Shown piece after piece: positions 1 to 8,933 of a stretch of DNA of 64,000 nt. Made by a program: the position numbers and the translations under genes. The notes beneath the pieces were generated by a model. That model was given only the letters and a program-made list of their open reading frames with translations, made no database searches and was not told where the DNA came from. Source of the stretch: Candidatus Latescibacterota bacterium (lineage in GTDB: Bacteria; Latescibacterota; UBA2968; UBA8231); assembly GCA_965208105.1 (NCBI GenBank), contig OZ242318.1:2560001-2624000 (forward strand), given 5' to 3'. Position 1 is the first letter of the stretch. Each line of letters starts with the position of its first letter.

Positions 1-544
1 GCACATCCCTCCCGCTGCGCGCCGTCAACATCAGGTTGAGACTTTCGGGAGTGGTGATGAGGATGGCCGGGGGATGCCTGGCGATGCGGCGGCGCTCGGC
101 CGCGGTGGAATCACCGCTGCGGGTGAGGACCTCGATCCGGGGAAAGGGGATCCCGGCGGTGGAAAAGAGATCCCCTAGCTCGGCGAGGGGCTGCAGCAGA
201 TTCTGCCGGATATCGTTGTTCAGCGCCTTCAGGGGCGATACGTAGAGGACGGAAGTCCGGCCGACGGTCAGTCTGCCGGCGATGAGCTGGTTGAGATACC
301 AGAGGAAGGCGGCCAGGGTCTTACCGGTGCCGGTGGGCGCGGAGACCAGGACATGCTCGCCGCGGGAGATGCGCTCCCAGGCCTGGAGCTGAACTTCCGT
401 GGGTTCGGAGTAGCGCTGGTAGAACCATTCCCCCAGGAGTGGGTGGAACCCCAGCCGCGATACCCATCCGGCGTCGCGGTCGGCGCCCCGTTGCCCGGCG
501 CCGGCGGCTTCGACGCCACCCTTCCCTTCACCGCGCCGCGCCAA
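1..544 (-). CDS. lhr: Lhr-family DEAD/DEAH-box helicase, 5' part (runs off the window edge; absent from the ORF track)
   Basis: Manual minus-strand translation gives GFHPLLGEWFYQRYSEPTEVQLQAW, motif I HVLVSAPTGTGKTLAAFL, motif Ia VLYVSPLKALNNDIRQNL, then RSGDSTAAERRRIARHPPAILITTPESLNLML. The start is uncertain; the nearest candidate is TTG at 544. Confidence 0.88.
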   Translation of the reverse strand, partial: MARRGEGKGGVEAAGAGQRGADRDAGWVSRLGFHPLLGEWFYQRYSEPTEVQLQAWERISRGEHVLVSAPTGTGKTLAAFLWYLNQLIAGRLTVGRTSVLYVSPLKALNNDIRQNLLQPLAELGDLFSTAGIPFPRIEVLTRSGDSTAAERRRIARHPPAILITTPESLNLMLTARSGRDV

Positions 545-1499
545 GCCGCACCACGCCCTTGATATAGCCGTCCACGGCGCCGGCGGCGACCGCCGCCAGG
601 AAGGCTGGGTAATCGTCGAGGGACACGACGTGAGTCACGAGCGGCTCGAGCTCGATCACCCCCTTTTCGAGGAGGCGGATGGCCGGGGGAAAGGGGTCGC
701 GCAACTGCGCTCCCGGAGACGAGTTGACCACGGTCAGCCCCTTGAGGTGCCAGACGCTGGGGTTGAATGCAGCGGTGTCGCCTTTGATCCAGCCGAACAG
801 GTTGATGCGTCCGGCGCGGCGGACGATGTCGGTGGCCAAGTCGAGGCCGGATTGGGAGCCGCTGCTGTCGACCACGGTGTCGATGCCGCGGCCGCGCAGG
901 TCCCGCCTGACGGCGCCGAAATCCTGAGCGGCGACGTTGTGAGCTTCGGTGGCCCCCATCTGCAGAGCGAGTTCGAGACGCCTGTGGTCCATGTCCAGAG
1001 CGATGATCTGATCCGCCCCGGCCCCGGCCAGACCCTGCAGCATCAACAACCCCATGAAACCGCACCCCACCAGCGCCAGGCGCTCTCCGGCGCGCAGGCG
1101 GCAGTGGTCCATGCCGGTGACGGCGCAAGCCACCGGCTCGACGATCCAGTGCGGGTCCACGAGGTCGGACTCGGGAATCCGGTGGACCCGGTCGGCGGGC
1201 AGGTTGCGCAACCGCGCGAAACCCCCGCCGGCGACCCGCTGCCCCACTTCGAAGCCGGTCACCCCCGGGCCCAGCCCGGCGACGTAGCCCACACCTTCGT
1301 GGCCGGGCGGTGCGGCATGGGCCGAATCGCCGCCGGCCTTGAAGGTCTGGATGTCCCATGAACAGATGCCGCAGGCAGCGCCTTCGACCTGAACCTCGCC
1401 GGGGCCCGGCGGTCCGGTCTCGACCTCCACGAGCCGGACGCCTCCTCCCGACATGTAGCTCACGGTCTTGACCTTCATGGTTGGCTCCGGCCCGGTCAT
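528..1499 (-). CDS. Zinc-binding (MDR) alcohol/sugar dehydrogenase
   Basis: GICSWD and GHEGVG catalytic-Zn motifs, GCGFMG nucleotide-binding loop. GGAGGAG SD upstream of ATG 1499. Confidence 0.88.
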   Translation of the reverse strand: MTGPEPTMKVKTVSYMSGGGVRLVEVETGPPGPGEVQVEGAACGICSWDIQTFKAGGDSAHAAPPGHEGVGYVAGLGPGVTGFEVGQRVAGGGFARLRNLPADRVHRIPESDLVDPHWIVEPVACAVTGMDHCRLRAGERLALVGCGFMGLLMLQGLAGAGADQIIALDMDHRRLELALQMGATEAHNVAAQDFGAVRRDLRGRGIDTVVDSSGSQSGLDLATDIVRRAGRINLFGWIKGDTAAFNPSVWHLKGLTVVNSSPGAQLRDPFPPAIRLLEKGVIELEPLVTHVVSLDDYPAFLAAVAAGAVDGYIKGVVRLGAAR

Positions 1500-1544
1500 G
1501 TCGCTCCTCCAACAGTCAAAATACATACAATTCCGCCGCATCGA

Positions 1545-1557
1545 AATAATCATTATT
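1545..1557. promoter_or_regulatory. AATAAT-C-ATTATT palindrome, candidate Fur-family operator
   Basis: Perfect 6-1-6 AT-rich inverted repeat in a divergent intergenic region. It resembles the Fur/PerR 7-1-7 core ATAATNATTAT. Confidence 0.4.
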
Positions 1558-1717
1558 CTGTTGCTGTCGCCAAGGTTTTCTCCGGGCCTTCCCCGGGCCG
1601 CTGCGGACTTTCAGGCCCCAACGGGGTCCGTAGCAACTATCGGGAATTATTTCGCGCCAAACCCTTCAATCACCTTTGCGAGGGACACCTTCGGCCCTCG
1701 AGGAAAGGAGCTGAGCA

Positions 1718-2590
1718 ATGTCATCCAGAGCCAGCAAGGAATACCGCTACGAAAAACTCACCTGGCCCGAGATCTGTGACGCCATCGACGACGGCCAGGT
1801 CTGCATCGTTCCCTGCGGCGCGGTGGAGCAGCACGGACCCCACCTGCCCCTCGACGTCGACGTTCTGTGCTCGACCCAGGTCGCTTTGGGCGCGGCGGCG
1901 CGAACCCCGGCGAACTGTCTCGTTTTGCCCACGGTCAATTTCGGCTATACGGGGCACGTTGTCGATTTTCCGGGCACCATCAACAACGACTTCGAGCATT
2001 TCATCCATCACGTCCTCGACATCACCAAATCCCTCGCCTACCACGGCTTCAAGAAAATCGTCCTGCTCAACGGACACGGATCCAACATGCCCAACCTGGA
2101 CCTGGCGGCGCGGCGCGCCAACCTGGAAACGGACGCCGAGTGCGTCCTCATGGCGTGGTGGAACCTGCTCACCGTCGACAAGGACTTCATGCCGGGATGG
2201 AGGGAGAGCAAGTTCCCCGGCGGCTGCTCCCATGCCGGGGAGCTGGAAACATCCATGTATCTCTACCTCGACCGCGAGAACGTGCGCGAGGACCTGATCG
2301 AAAGCGGCACCATCTCGTTCAACGACGAGGACAGCCCCTTTCACTACATGGACCTCTTCGCCCAGGGCCCGGGCACGGTGGTCTCCTGGACCAGCAGCTA
2401 TTCCGAAACGGGGGTCCTCGGCGACGCCGAGCTGGCGAGCGTGGAAAAGGGGGAACGAGCCTACAAGGAGGCCGTCCGCCAGCTCGTCCGGTTCGTCGAG
2501 TGGTTCAAGGAAAGGCCCAGGGATCAGAGGCGCGAAAGGCATCGCCGCGCTCCGACGATGCCGACTCCCTGGGGACAGACGAGCCTGTGA
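1718..2590 (+). CDS. Creatininase / creatinine amidohydrolase family protein
   Basis: GAVEQHGPHLPLDVD, NGHGSN and HAGELETS motifs. AAGGAG SD. Confidence 0.92.
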   Translation: MSSRASKEYRYEKLTWPEICDAIDDGQVCIVPCGAVEQHGPHLPLDVDVLCSTQVALGAAARTPANCLVLPTVNFGYTGHVVDFPGTINNDFEHFIHHVLDITKSLAYHGFKKIVLLNGHGSNMPNLDLAARRANLETDAECVLMAWWNLLTVDKDFMPGWRESKFPGGCSHAGELETSMYLYLDRENVREDLIESGTISFNDEDSPFHYMDLFAQGPGTVVSWTSSYSETGVLGDAELASVEKGERAYKEAVRQLVRFVEWFKERPRDQRRERHRRAPTMPTPWGQTSL

Positions 2591-2657
2591 CGGCGGTGGA
2601 AGGATGGTGGCCTGCTGCTGTTCCCTGGGCCGCACCCGGGCAGAGCAAGGGGCGGCC

Positions 2658-3551
2658 TCAGCTGGCGGGAAAGCGGAGGAATCTCTGCGCCGTATTTCCC
2701 ATGATTTCCGCGTGCTCGGCGTCGCTCAGAGAGGGAAGCAGCTCCCGCACCACCGTGGTCAGGGGGCCGTATCCGGGATCTTCGCATATCCAGGGAAAAT
2801 CGCTGGCCCACATCAGCCGCCGCGGGCCGTAGCAGGCCAGCAGGCGCTCGTGCCAGCGGGCGAGGTCGCGGTAGGGAAATGGCTCGCGGCTGAAAGCGTA
2901 GTGGCCGGAGAGCTTCACCACCACATTCTCGTAACCGGAGAATCGGTAGGTGGTGTGGAAAGCCGGACTGTAATGCGGGGTATCGATCCGGGGCCGGCCC
3001 TTCTCGTCGCGGGAGGCTTGGCCTTCCCCCGGACACACGCCCAGATGGTTGAGCACCACCCGGACCCCGGGGAAGGCCTCCAGCAGATGGGGGACCAGGT
3101 GCACCTCGGCGGCCGGCGGATAGAGCCAGATAACGTGATCGTTGGCGGCGGCGTGCTTCCAGATGCGGTAGGTCTGCAGCTCCTCCGCCGCCACGGGGGC
3201 AAAGGGGTCCCGCGGTCCGCCCACCGCGAAGAGACGGAAACCGATCAGGCCCGGGGCCTGCGCCAGGCGGTCCATCAGCGCTTCGGGCTCGGGGTGGTCC
3301 GGCGCAATGGCGGCAATGCCGAGGAAACGAGGTCCGTGGCGCTCGAGGCAGTGAAGCAGGTAGGCGTGGTGCTCAAACTCGTTGCCTCCCAGTTGCACCA
3401 GGACCGCCGCGTCGATCCGCTGGGAATCCATGGCCGCGATCAGCTTTTCCACCGGCTCCTGGCGCTCGGCCGGGCAGTAGCTGTCGGGGAGGCGGGGGAA
3501 CCTGTCCGAGGCGCGGGCGAAAACGTGGACGTGTGCGTCGATTCGCGCCAT
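2658..3551 (-). CDS. Amidohydrolase family 2 protein
   Basis: IDAHVH, VVLNHLG, VKLSG and LMWASDFPW motifs. Start overlaps the stop of the upstream PhyH gene. Confidence 0.9.
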   Translation of the reverse strand: MARIDAHVHVFARASDRFPRLPDSYCPAERQEPVEKLIAAMDSQRIDAAVLVQLGGNEFEHHAYLLHCLERHGPRFLGIAAIAPDHPEPEALMDRLAQAPGLIGFRLFAVGGPRDPFAPVAAEELQTYRIWKHAAANDHVIWLYPPAAEVHLVPHLLEAFPGVRVVLNHLGVCPGEGQASRDEKGRPRIDTPHYSPAFHTTYRFSGYENVVVKLSGHYAFSREPFPYRDLARWHERLLACYGPRRLMWASDFPWICEDPGYGPLTTVVRELLPSLSDAEHAEIMGNTAQRFLRFPAS

Positions 3552-4270
3552 CAGGCCTCCAGGCAGAAGAGCCGGCGCCGTTCATCCCCGGCGCAGCGCT
3601 CGCGCAGAAACTCGAAGGGGCTTCTCTCCACCCTATCGGCCTCGGTCCTCTGGTGATAGGTGAGTATGATCGACTTTCTCGGCACCGAGCCGTCGTTGTC
3701 CAGGGCGGTGTGCCAGCCGTAGCAGTTGAACATGATCGCGGTCCCCGCCCGGCCGGTGAAGCGGACCATGCCCGGCATGTCCTCCTGGCGGGCGGGAATT
3801 CCAAAAGGCCCCGAACCCGGGCGGTGGCTGCCGGGGATGTAGGCGAACTCGCCGCCGCCTGCGGCCAGGTCGTTCAGGTAGACCTGGACCTTCACGTGCA
3901 GGGGACGATTGCGGGGGGTATCGGGATGCCAACCGCTGTAACTGACCGGCGCGGGGGGGACGATGCGCACCTGGGTCGCCTGAAAAATCGGCTCGCCGCC
4001 GCAGAACGCCCTGAGGCAGCCGTAGTAGCCGGGGTGGTCGGCGATCTCCCAGAACAGATCATCCCGCTCCAGTGAATCGGGGATATCGTAGAAGGAAGAA
4101 GCCACCTCGCCCCTGGCCACCGCCGCGAGCCAGTCCTCCTTGCACCTGGCCGACCAGTGGTCGACCGCCTCTTGCAGCCTGCGCAGCAACCCGCCGCCGA
4201 TGGCGTTCTCGAAAACGAGATAGCCGTCCTCTTCCCACTGTCTGCGCTGTCCCGGAGTGGGACCTTTCAT
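3551..4270 (-). CDS. Phytanoyl-CoA dioxygenase (PhyH) family Fe(II)/2-oxoglutarate oxygenase
   Basis: WEEDGYLVFEN start, WHPD (HxD), YIPGSHR, distal WHTA His and Arg. GGAGG SD. Confidence 0.9.
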   Translation of the reverse strand: MKGPTPGQRRQWEEDGYLVFENAIGGGLLRRLQEAVDHWSARCKEDWLAAVARGEVASSFYDIPDSLERDDLFWEIADHPGYYGCLRAFCGGEPIFQATQVRIVPPAPVSYSGWHPDTPRNRPLHVKVQVYLNDLAAGGGEFAYIPGSHRPGSGPFGIPARQEDMPGMVRFTGRAGTAIMFNCYGWHTALDNDGSVPRKSIILTYHQRTEADRVERSPFEFLRERCAGDERRRLFCLEA

Positions 4271-4424
4271 CTCGACCTCCTCCTGTGCGCCTCGACCGCG
4301 GCGCCCCGGTCAGCTCGCCGGCGACTGGCGCTCTTCCGCCCGGCGAAGGTTCAGCGCGCGGTCCCGGCCGCCTTGCCTGCCTTTCCGGGGGCGGCCGCTG
4401 AACCGGCCAGGGAACAGCTTTTCC

Positions 4425-5354
4425 TCAGAAGCTGCCGCTCAGGGCAAGGCGGTGGACCTCTCCCAGCTCCGGAAGAGAAGAGAAGGCATAGTCCAGGCGG
4501 TATCCCTGCACCAGGAAGCCGGCTCCACCAGTCGGACCCAGAGGTTGGCTGCCCTCGCTGCCAACCTGCCGGGTGCTGTACCCCGGCCGCAGATAAAGGC
4601 CCCTGCCGACGCGAAACTCCACCCCGGCGGCCAGGTAGGGATCGTTGTCGTTGGGCACGTTCAGATCGGCGAGGACGATCATGGGAAGCGGGGTATGCGC
4701 CGGACGGTGGGACAAGCCGAGGCGGATATTGACCGGAAGGGAGTCCTTGGAACCGCCGGAATATCCGCTGCGCACCGTCCCGAGGTTGGTCAGGGAAGCG
4801 CCCATCGTCATCCCGCCGATGGGTGTTGGCGCGAGGACCCCGATATCGACCATATAGGCGTCCGAAGAATAATCGCCGATTCTTGAGTAAACCGCCTTCA
4901 GGTTGAGTCCCAGGGTGATCCTGTCGTTCCACATGCGCTGAGCCACGGTGGCGTAGGCGGCAAGGTCCGCGGGGCTGAAAGTGCCCAGGTCCGCCCCTTC
5001 CTCGTCGGTGCGCCGCATTTCCCCCGCAGAAAAATAGTTCAGACTGAAACCCCAGACCCGCTCTTCACCGGGGAATGCCACGCTGAGGAAACCTGCCTGG
5101 GTATCGACCAGGTACCGGGTCATGGAGATTGTGGCCGCCCTGCTTGGAAGACCCAGTAGGCCCGCCGGATTCCAGTGGGTGGATTCGAGGTCGCCGGCGA
5201 CGGCGGCGAAAGCGCCTCCAAGAGCGGTGGGCCGGGCCCCGACGCCGATCTTGAGGGAATTGAAGCCCGTGGTCCCGGCGTTTTCGTTGATGGCGGAGAC
5301 CGGTTGCAGGCTCGCGAGGAGCAAGGCCGCGGCGAAGACGATATTCCTGAGCAT
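4425..5354 (-). CDS. PorV/PorQ (UPF0164) family outer-membrane beta-barrel protein
   Basis: Signal peptide, then the signature LKIGVGARPTALGGAFAAVAGD...WNPAGL. Ends RLDYAFSSLPELGEVHRLALSGSF with a terminal Phe. Confidence 0.85.
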   Translation of the reverse strand: MLRNIVFAAALLLASLQPVSAINENAGTTGFNSLKIGVGARPTALGGAFAAVAGDLESTHWNPAGLLGLPSRAATISMTRYLVDTQAGFLSVAFPGEERVWGFSLNYFSAGEMRRTDEEGADLGTFSPADLAAYATVAQRMWNDRITLGLNLKAVYSRIGDYSSDAYMVDIGVLAPTPIGGMTMGASLTNLGTVRSGYSGGSKDSLPVNIRLGLSHRPAHTPLPMIVLADLNVPNDNDPYLAAGVEFRVGRGLYLRPGYSTRQVGSEGSQPLGPTGGAGFLVQGYRLDYAFSSLPELGEVHRLALSGSF

Positions 5355-5458
5355 GAGGTACTCCAGCGTTGGTGAATTTTCCCCGGGGTGGCCGGCGGGA
5401 TGGCAGGCCCGCATCCTCCGCTTCACTCTCCGGGATCAAATATAGGCCATCGAAGGCG

Positions 5459-6904
5459 TTATTGCAGCGACTGCTCCAGGACGTGGGCGGCGCGCAGAAG
5501 GCGTTCCTCCTGAAAGGGGCCAGCCAGCAGCTGCACGGCAATGGGCAGGTTCTCACTGTTGGTGGCAACGGGAAGGGCGATGCCCGGTATGCCGGCCAGG
5601 TTGACCGAGACGGTATAAATATCGTTGAGGTACATCTGCAAGGGGTCATCCATATTTTCGCCGAGGCGAAAAGCCACCGTCGGTGCAACCGGTGATAGCA
5701 GCACGTCGCACCGGGAAAAAGCCCGGTCGAAATCTTCCCTGATCAGGGTCCGCACCTTCTGGGCCTTGAGGTAATACGCGTCGTAGTAGCCTGCGCTGAG
5801 GGCATAGGTACCCAGCATTATGCGCCGTTTCACCTCTGCGCCGAAGCCGGAGCTGCGGCTCTGGCAGTATAGCTCCCGGAGGTTGCGGGCCTCGCCGGAG
5901 CGGTATCCGTACCTGATTCCGTCGTAGCGGGTGAGGTTGGCCGATGCCTCCCCCATGGCAATCAGGTAGTATGCGCCGATGCAGTACTCGGGATGGGCGG
6001 CAACCGGAAGGGAAACGTCGACCAACTCGGCCCCCGCTTCCCGCAACCGCTCGGCGCTGTGCATCACCGCCCGGTGAATCTCCCCGTCCAGCCCTGCGCC
6101 AAGGTGCTCTCTGGCCATGCCCACCCTGAGTCCTTTGATTTCGCCCCCGAGCGCCGCCCGGTAGTCGGGCACGGCAATATCCACGGAGGTGGAGTCTTTC
6201 GGGTCGTGCCCGGCGATGGCGCCGAGAAGGAGGGCCGCATCCTCCACGTCCTTGGCCAGGGGGCCTATCTGGTCCAGGGAAGAGGCATAGGCCACCAGGC
6301 CATAACGCGAAACACGTCCGTAGGTAGGCTTGAGGCCGACCACGCCGCAGTAGCCCGCGGGCTGGCGCACCGAACCCCCGGTGTCGGACCCCAGCGCGAG
6401 GATGGTCTCGTGGGCGGCCACCGCGGCGGCCGACCCGCCGCTGGACCCTCCGGGAACGCGCTCCGGGTCCCGGGGATTGCGAGTGGGACCGAAGTAGGAG
6501 CTCTCGGTGGAAGAGCCCATGGCGAACTCGTCCATGTTGGTCTTGCCGACCAGTACCGAGTCGGCCCGGCGCAGCCGGGCGACCACGGTGGAATCATAGG
6601 GGGCGACGAAGTTTTCCAGAATGCGCGAGCCGCAGGTGGTGCGGCCGCCCTCGACGCAGAGGACATCCTTGAGGGCCATGGGAATGCCGGCCAGTGGTCC
6701 GAGCCGGTCGCCGGCCGCCCGCTTCCGGTCGATGGAGCCGGCCCGTTCGAGGGCCTGTTCGGGATCGACGCTGATGAAGGCGTTGATGGTGGGGTCGGTC
6801 TTGTCAATTGCCTCCAGGACATCCGCGGTGATCTCTCGAGACGAGATTTCTCCTGCGGCCATCCTGTCGCTCAGCTCGTGAGCCGTCAACTCGTTCAGGG
6901 ACAC
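5459..6904 (-). CDS. gatA: Asp/Glu-tRNA amidotransferase subunit A
   Basis: [62 protein letters not shown]. Confidence 0.97.
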   Translation of the reverse strand: MSLNELTAHELSDRMAAGEISSREITADVLEAIDKTDPTINAFISVDPEQALERAGSIDRKRAAGDRLGPLAGIPMALKDVLCVEGGRTTCGSRILENFVAPYDSTVVARLRRADSVLVGKTNMDEFAMGSSTESSYFGPTRNPRDPERVPGGSSGGSAAAVAAHETILALGSDTGGSVRQPAGYCGVVGLKPTYGRVSRYGLVAYASSLDQIGPLAKDVEDAALLLGAIAGHDPKDSTSVDIAVPDYRAALGGEIKGLRVGMAREHLGAGLDGEIHRAVMHSAERLREAGAELVDVSLPVAAHPEYCIGAYYLIAMGEASANLTRYDGIRYGYRSGEARNLRELYCQSRSSGFGAEVKRRIMLGTYALSAGYYDAYYLKAQKVRTLIREDFDRAFSRCDVLLSPVAPTVAFRLGENMDDPLQMYLNDIYTVSVNLAGIPGIALPVATNSENLPIAVQLLAGPFQEERLLRAAHVLEQSLQ

Positions 6905-6916
6905 TTCTGCGCAGCT

Positions 6917-7252
6917 CTATTGATTCCTGGACGTTCCCGCCTCTTTATCCGCCGATTCTGAATCCGCTGTCCCAGAGCCGGCGGGTTCCTGCGCTACTGA
7001 TTGGGGCGGCGCAGAGACGGCAGGTTCCTGCGCTGCCGATTGCGGTGGCGCAGAGGGCTCGATTCTCTTGTCGGGCTTGCCGGGGGAAGGGGCGTTGACA
7101 TCGATTTCTTCCTGGACGTCTCGCATGGCGCTTCTGAACTCCCTGATCCCCTTGCCCAGCCCCTGGGCCATTTCGGGGATGCGCTTGGCGCCGAAGATGA
7201 GCAGAATGACCAGAAGGATTATGAGTATTTCCCAGTGACCCATGCCGAACAT
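6917..7252 (-). CDS. tatA: Twin-arginine translocase subunit TatA/E
   Basis: MFGMGHWEILIILLVILLIFGAKRIPEMAQGLGKGIREFR. GGAGG SD. Confidence 0.95.
   Translation of the reverse strand: MFGMGHWEILIILLVILLIFGAKRIPEMAQGLGKGIREFRSAMRDVQEEIDVNAPSPGKPDKRIEPSAPPQSAAQEPAVSAPPQSVAQEPAGSGTADSESADKEAGTSRNQ
6978..7055. repeat. 39-bp imperfect tandem duplication in the TatA tail
   Basis: Encodes SAPPQSAAQEPAV then SAPPQSVAQEPAG. The DNA unit GGTTCCTGCGCT...GGCGCAGAG occurs twice with a 39-bp period. Confidence 0.85.
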
Positions 7253-7281
7253 GGCTCAACCTCCAAATTTGAAACTCCGCT

Positions 7282-7590
7282 TCAATAGGAGTATTTGAAA
7301 TAGTACCAGCCGACGAAAATGCCCAACAAGGTAATGACGTTGAATTTCAGCAGCAGCTCGAAGGAGAAGGAGAGGACCACGAGGTCGAACATGTGGGGGC
7401 CGATGTGGTAATCGAAGTAGGGCAGGAGCGCCCGTTCGACAATGCTGTCTTCCCCGGCCACGTAGCGAAGGGTGACGCGCAGCGCCTCGCCGATGACATT
7501 GGCCCCCATCATGCTGATGAAGAGTATGATAATCAGGTGCACGACCCCCTTGTTTTCGTTGCCGAATCCACCCTTTTGCCAACTAGGCAT
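7282..7590 (-). CDS. Small membrane protein (DUF4321-like)
   Basis: Two hydrophobic segments and an FDLVVLSFSFELLLKFNVITLLGIFVG pattern. Overlaps the pssA stop. Confidence 0.65.
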   Translation of the reverse strand: MPSWQKGGFGNENKGVVHLIIILFISMMGANVIGEALRVTLRYVAGEDSIVERALLPYFDYHIGPHMFDLVVLSFSFELLLKFNVITLLGIFVGWYYFKYSY

Positions 7591-8293
7591 GCTGGGTAAC
7601 CTCGTCGCTGTGGAAGCCGATGATCCAGCGGTAGATGCCGGAAAGAATATATGTCATCACCATGGGGAAGAAGAGATGCTGGGTAGAAGGATGAATTATC
7701 AATGAAACCGATCCGATGAAATATACCTGCTTGAAGCGATTCCAGAACCCGGAGTTGCGGAAATTGGGCAGTGGATCGTAGGGCATTCGACTTACCATCA
7801 AGGCGGAGAGAAGCAGCACGAGAAGGGCGGCCATGGCCGCGGCGTGGGCGCTTTCCCAGGTGCGCTCGGTGAAGGCCACGTACTGAGTGAGGCAAACCGC
7901 CGCCATGGGAATGGGCAAACCCATGTAAAAGGGTCCTCTTTCTTCGTTGTTCAGGCTGAGCGTGTTGAACCGGGCAAGACGCACCGCGCCGCAAAGGAGA
8001 TATGCGAATGCAAGGCCCAGGCCCCAGATAGAATGCAGCTGGCTGTAGTAGATCATCAGCGCCGGCACCACTCCAAAGGTGCAAACGTCCACGAGCGAGT
8101 CGAACTCGATTCCGAACTTCGAATCCTTGCCGACGAAGCGGGCGATCTTGCCATCCATCTTGTCGAGCACCGCTCCCAGGAGAATGAGCCAGGAAGCCGA
8201 TATGAAATTGTCCTGAAGGACGTAGCGGATGGCGAGGAAACCGCAGAACAGGTTGCCTATCGTAAACAGGTTTGGAAGCACGATTTTATACAT
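7583..8293 (-). CDS. pssA: CDP-diacylglycerol--serine O-phosphatidyltransferase
   Basis: PNLFTIGNLFCGF and the CDP-alcohol motif DKMDGKIAR...FGIEFDSLVD. Adjacent to psd. Confidence 0.93.
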   Translation of the reverse strand: MYKIVLPNLFTIGNLFCGFLAIRYVLQDNFISASWLILLGAVLDKMDGKIARFVGKDSKFGIEFDSLVDVCTFGVVPALMIYYSQLHSIWGLGLAFAYLLCGAVRLARFNTLSLNNEERGPFYMGLPIPMAAVCLTQYVAFTERTWESAHAAAMAALLVLLLSALMVSRMPYDPLPNFRNSGFWNRFKQVYFIGSVSLIIHPSTQHLFFPMVMTYILSGIYRWIIGFHSDEVTQHA

Positions 8294-8933
8294 TGTCGAT
8301 CGCTCCGATAATGGTTTCGCCCGCCCTGACCCGATCCCCCACTGCGACGCGGAGATCGGCACCCGACGGTAAAATCAGGTCAACCCGGGAGCCGAAGCGG
8401 ATCAGGCCGAATCTCTCTCCCGCCCTCACTGTTTCTTTGCCCTGCAAACGGCATACGATGCGGCGAGCCAAGATCCCCGCGATCTGCTTGACGACGATTC
8501 TGGTGGTGCCGCTGCGAATGCCGATAATACTCTGCTCGTTCTCGGTGGACGCCTCCGCCTTGTAGGCGAGGAGAAAGCTGCCCGGGCGCCACCTGACGAA
8601 ATCCACGACTCCGGAAATGGGTATGCGATTCACGTGGACGTCGAAAACCGAAAGAAAGATACTGACCTGCACTGCCCCTCCGCCCAGGTAATCATTGGTC
8701 CCGGCATCTTCTATGCAAACTACCTTGCCGTCGGCGGCGGCGACAACCACTCCTGGCTCGGACGGAGTACTGCGGTCCGGGTCGCGAAAGAAGAAGAGCA
8801 CCAGGAGACTCGCAAATCCGCAGATCCCCGAGGCGTAAACAAGGACGGGGAAGAGATCGGCTCCGAGCCAGAGCAGCAGGGTCAGTGCCGCCCCCCCTCC
8901 CAGGAAGGGAAGCCCCTCGCGCGCCACCCTCAC
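8286..8933 (-). CDS. psd: Phosphatidylserine decarboxylase proenzyme
   Basis: FFRDPDR, AADGKV, SIFLSVFDVHVNR, QIAGILARRI and the GLIRFGSRVD self-cleavage motif. GTG start after a GGAGG SD. Confidence 0.93.
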   Translation of the reverse strand: MRVAREGLPFLGGGAALTLLLWLGADLFPVLVYASGICGFASLLVLFFFRDPDRSTPSEPGVVVAAADGKVVCIEDAGTNDYLGGGAVQVSIFLSVFDVHVNRIPISGVVDFVRWRPGSFLLAYKAEASTENEQSIIGIRSGTTRIVVKQIAGILARRIVCRLQGKETVRAGERFGLIRFGSRVDLILPSGADLRVAVGDRVRAGETIIGAIDNV

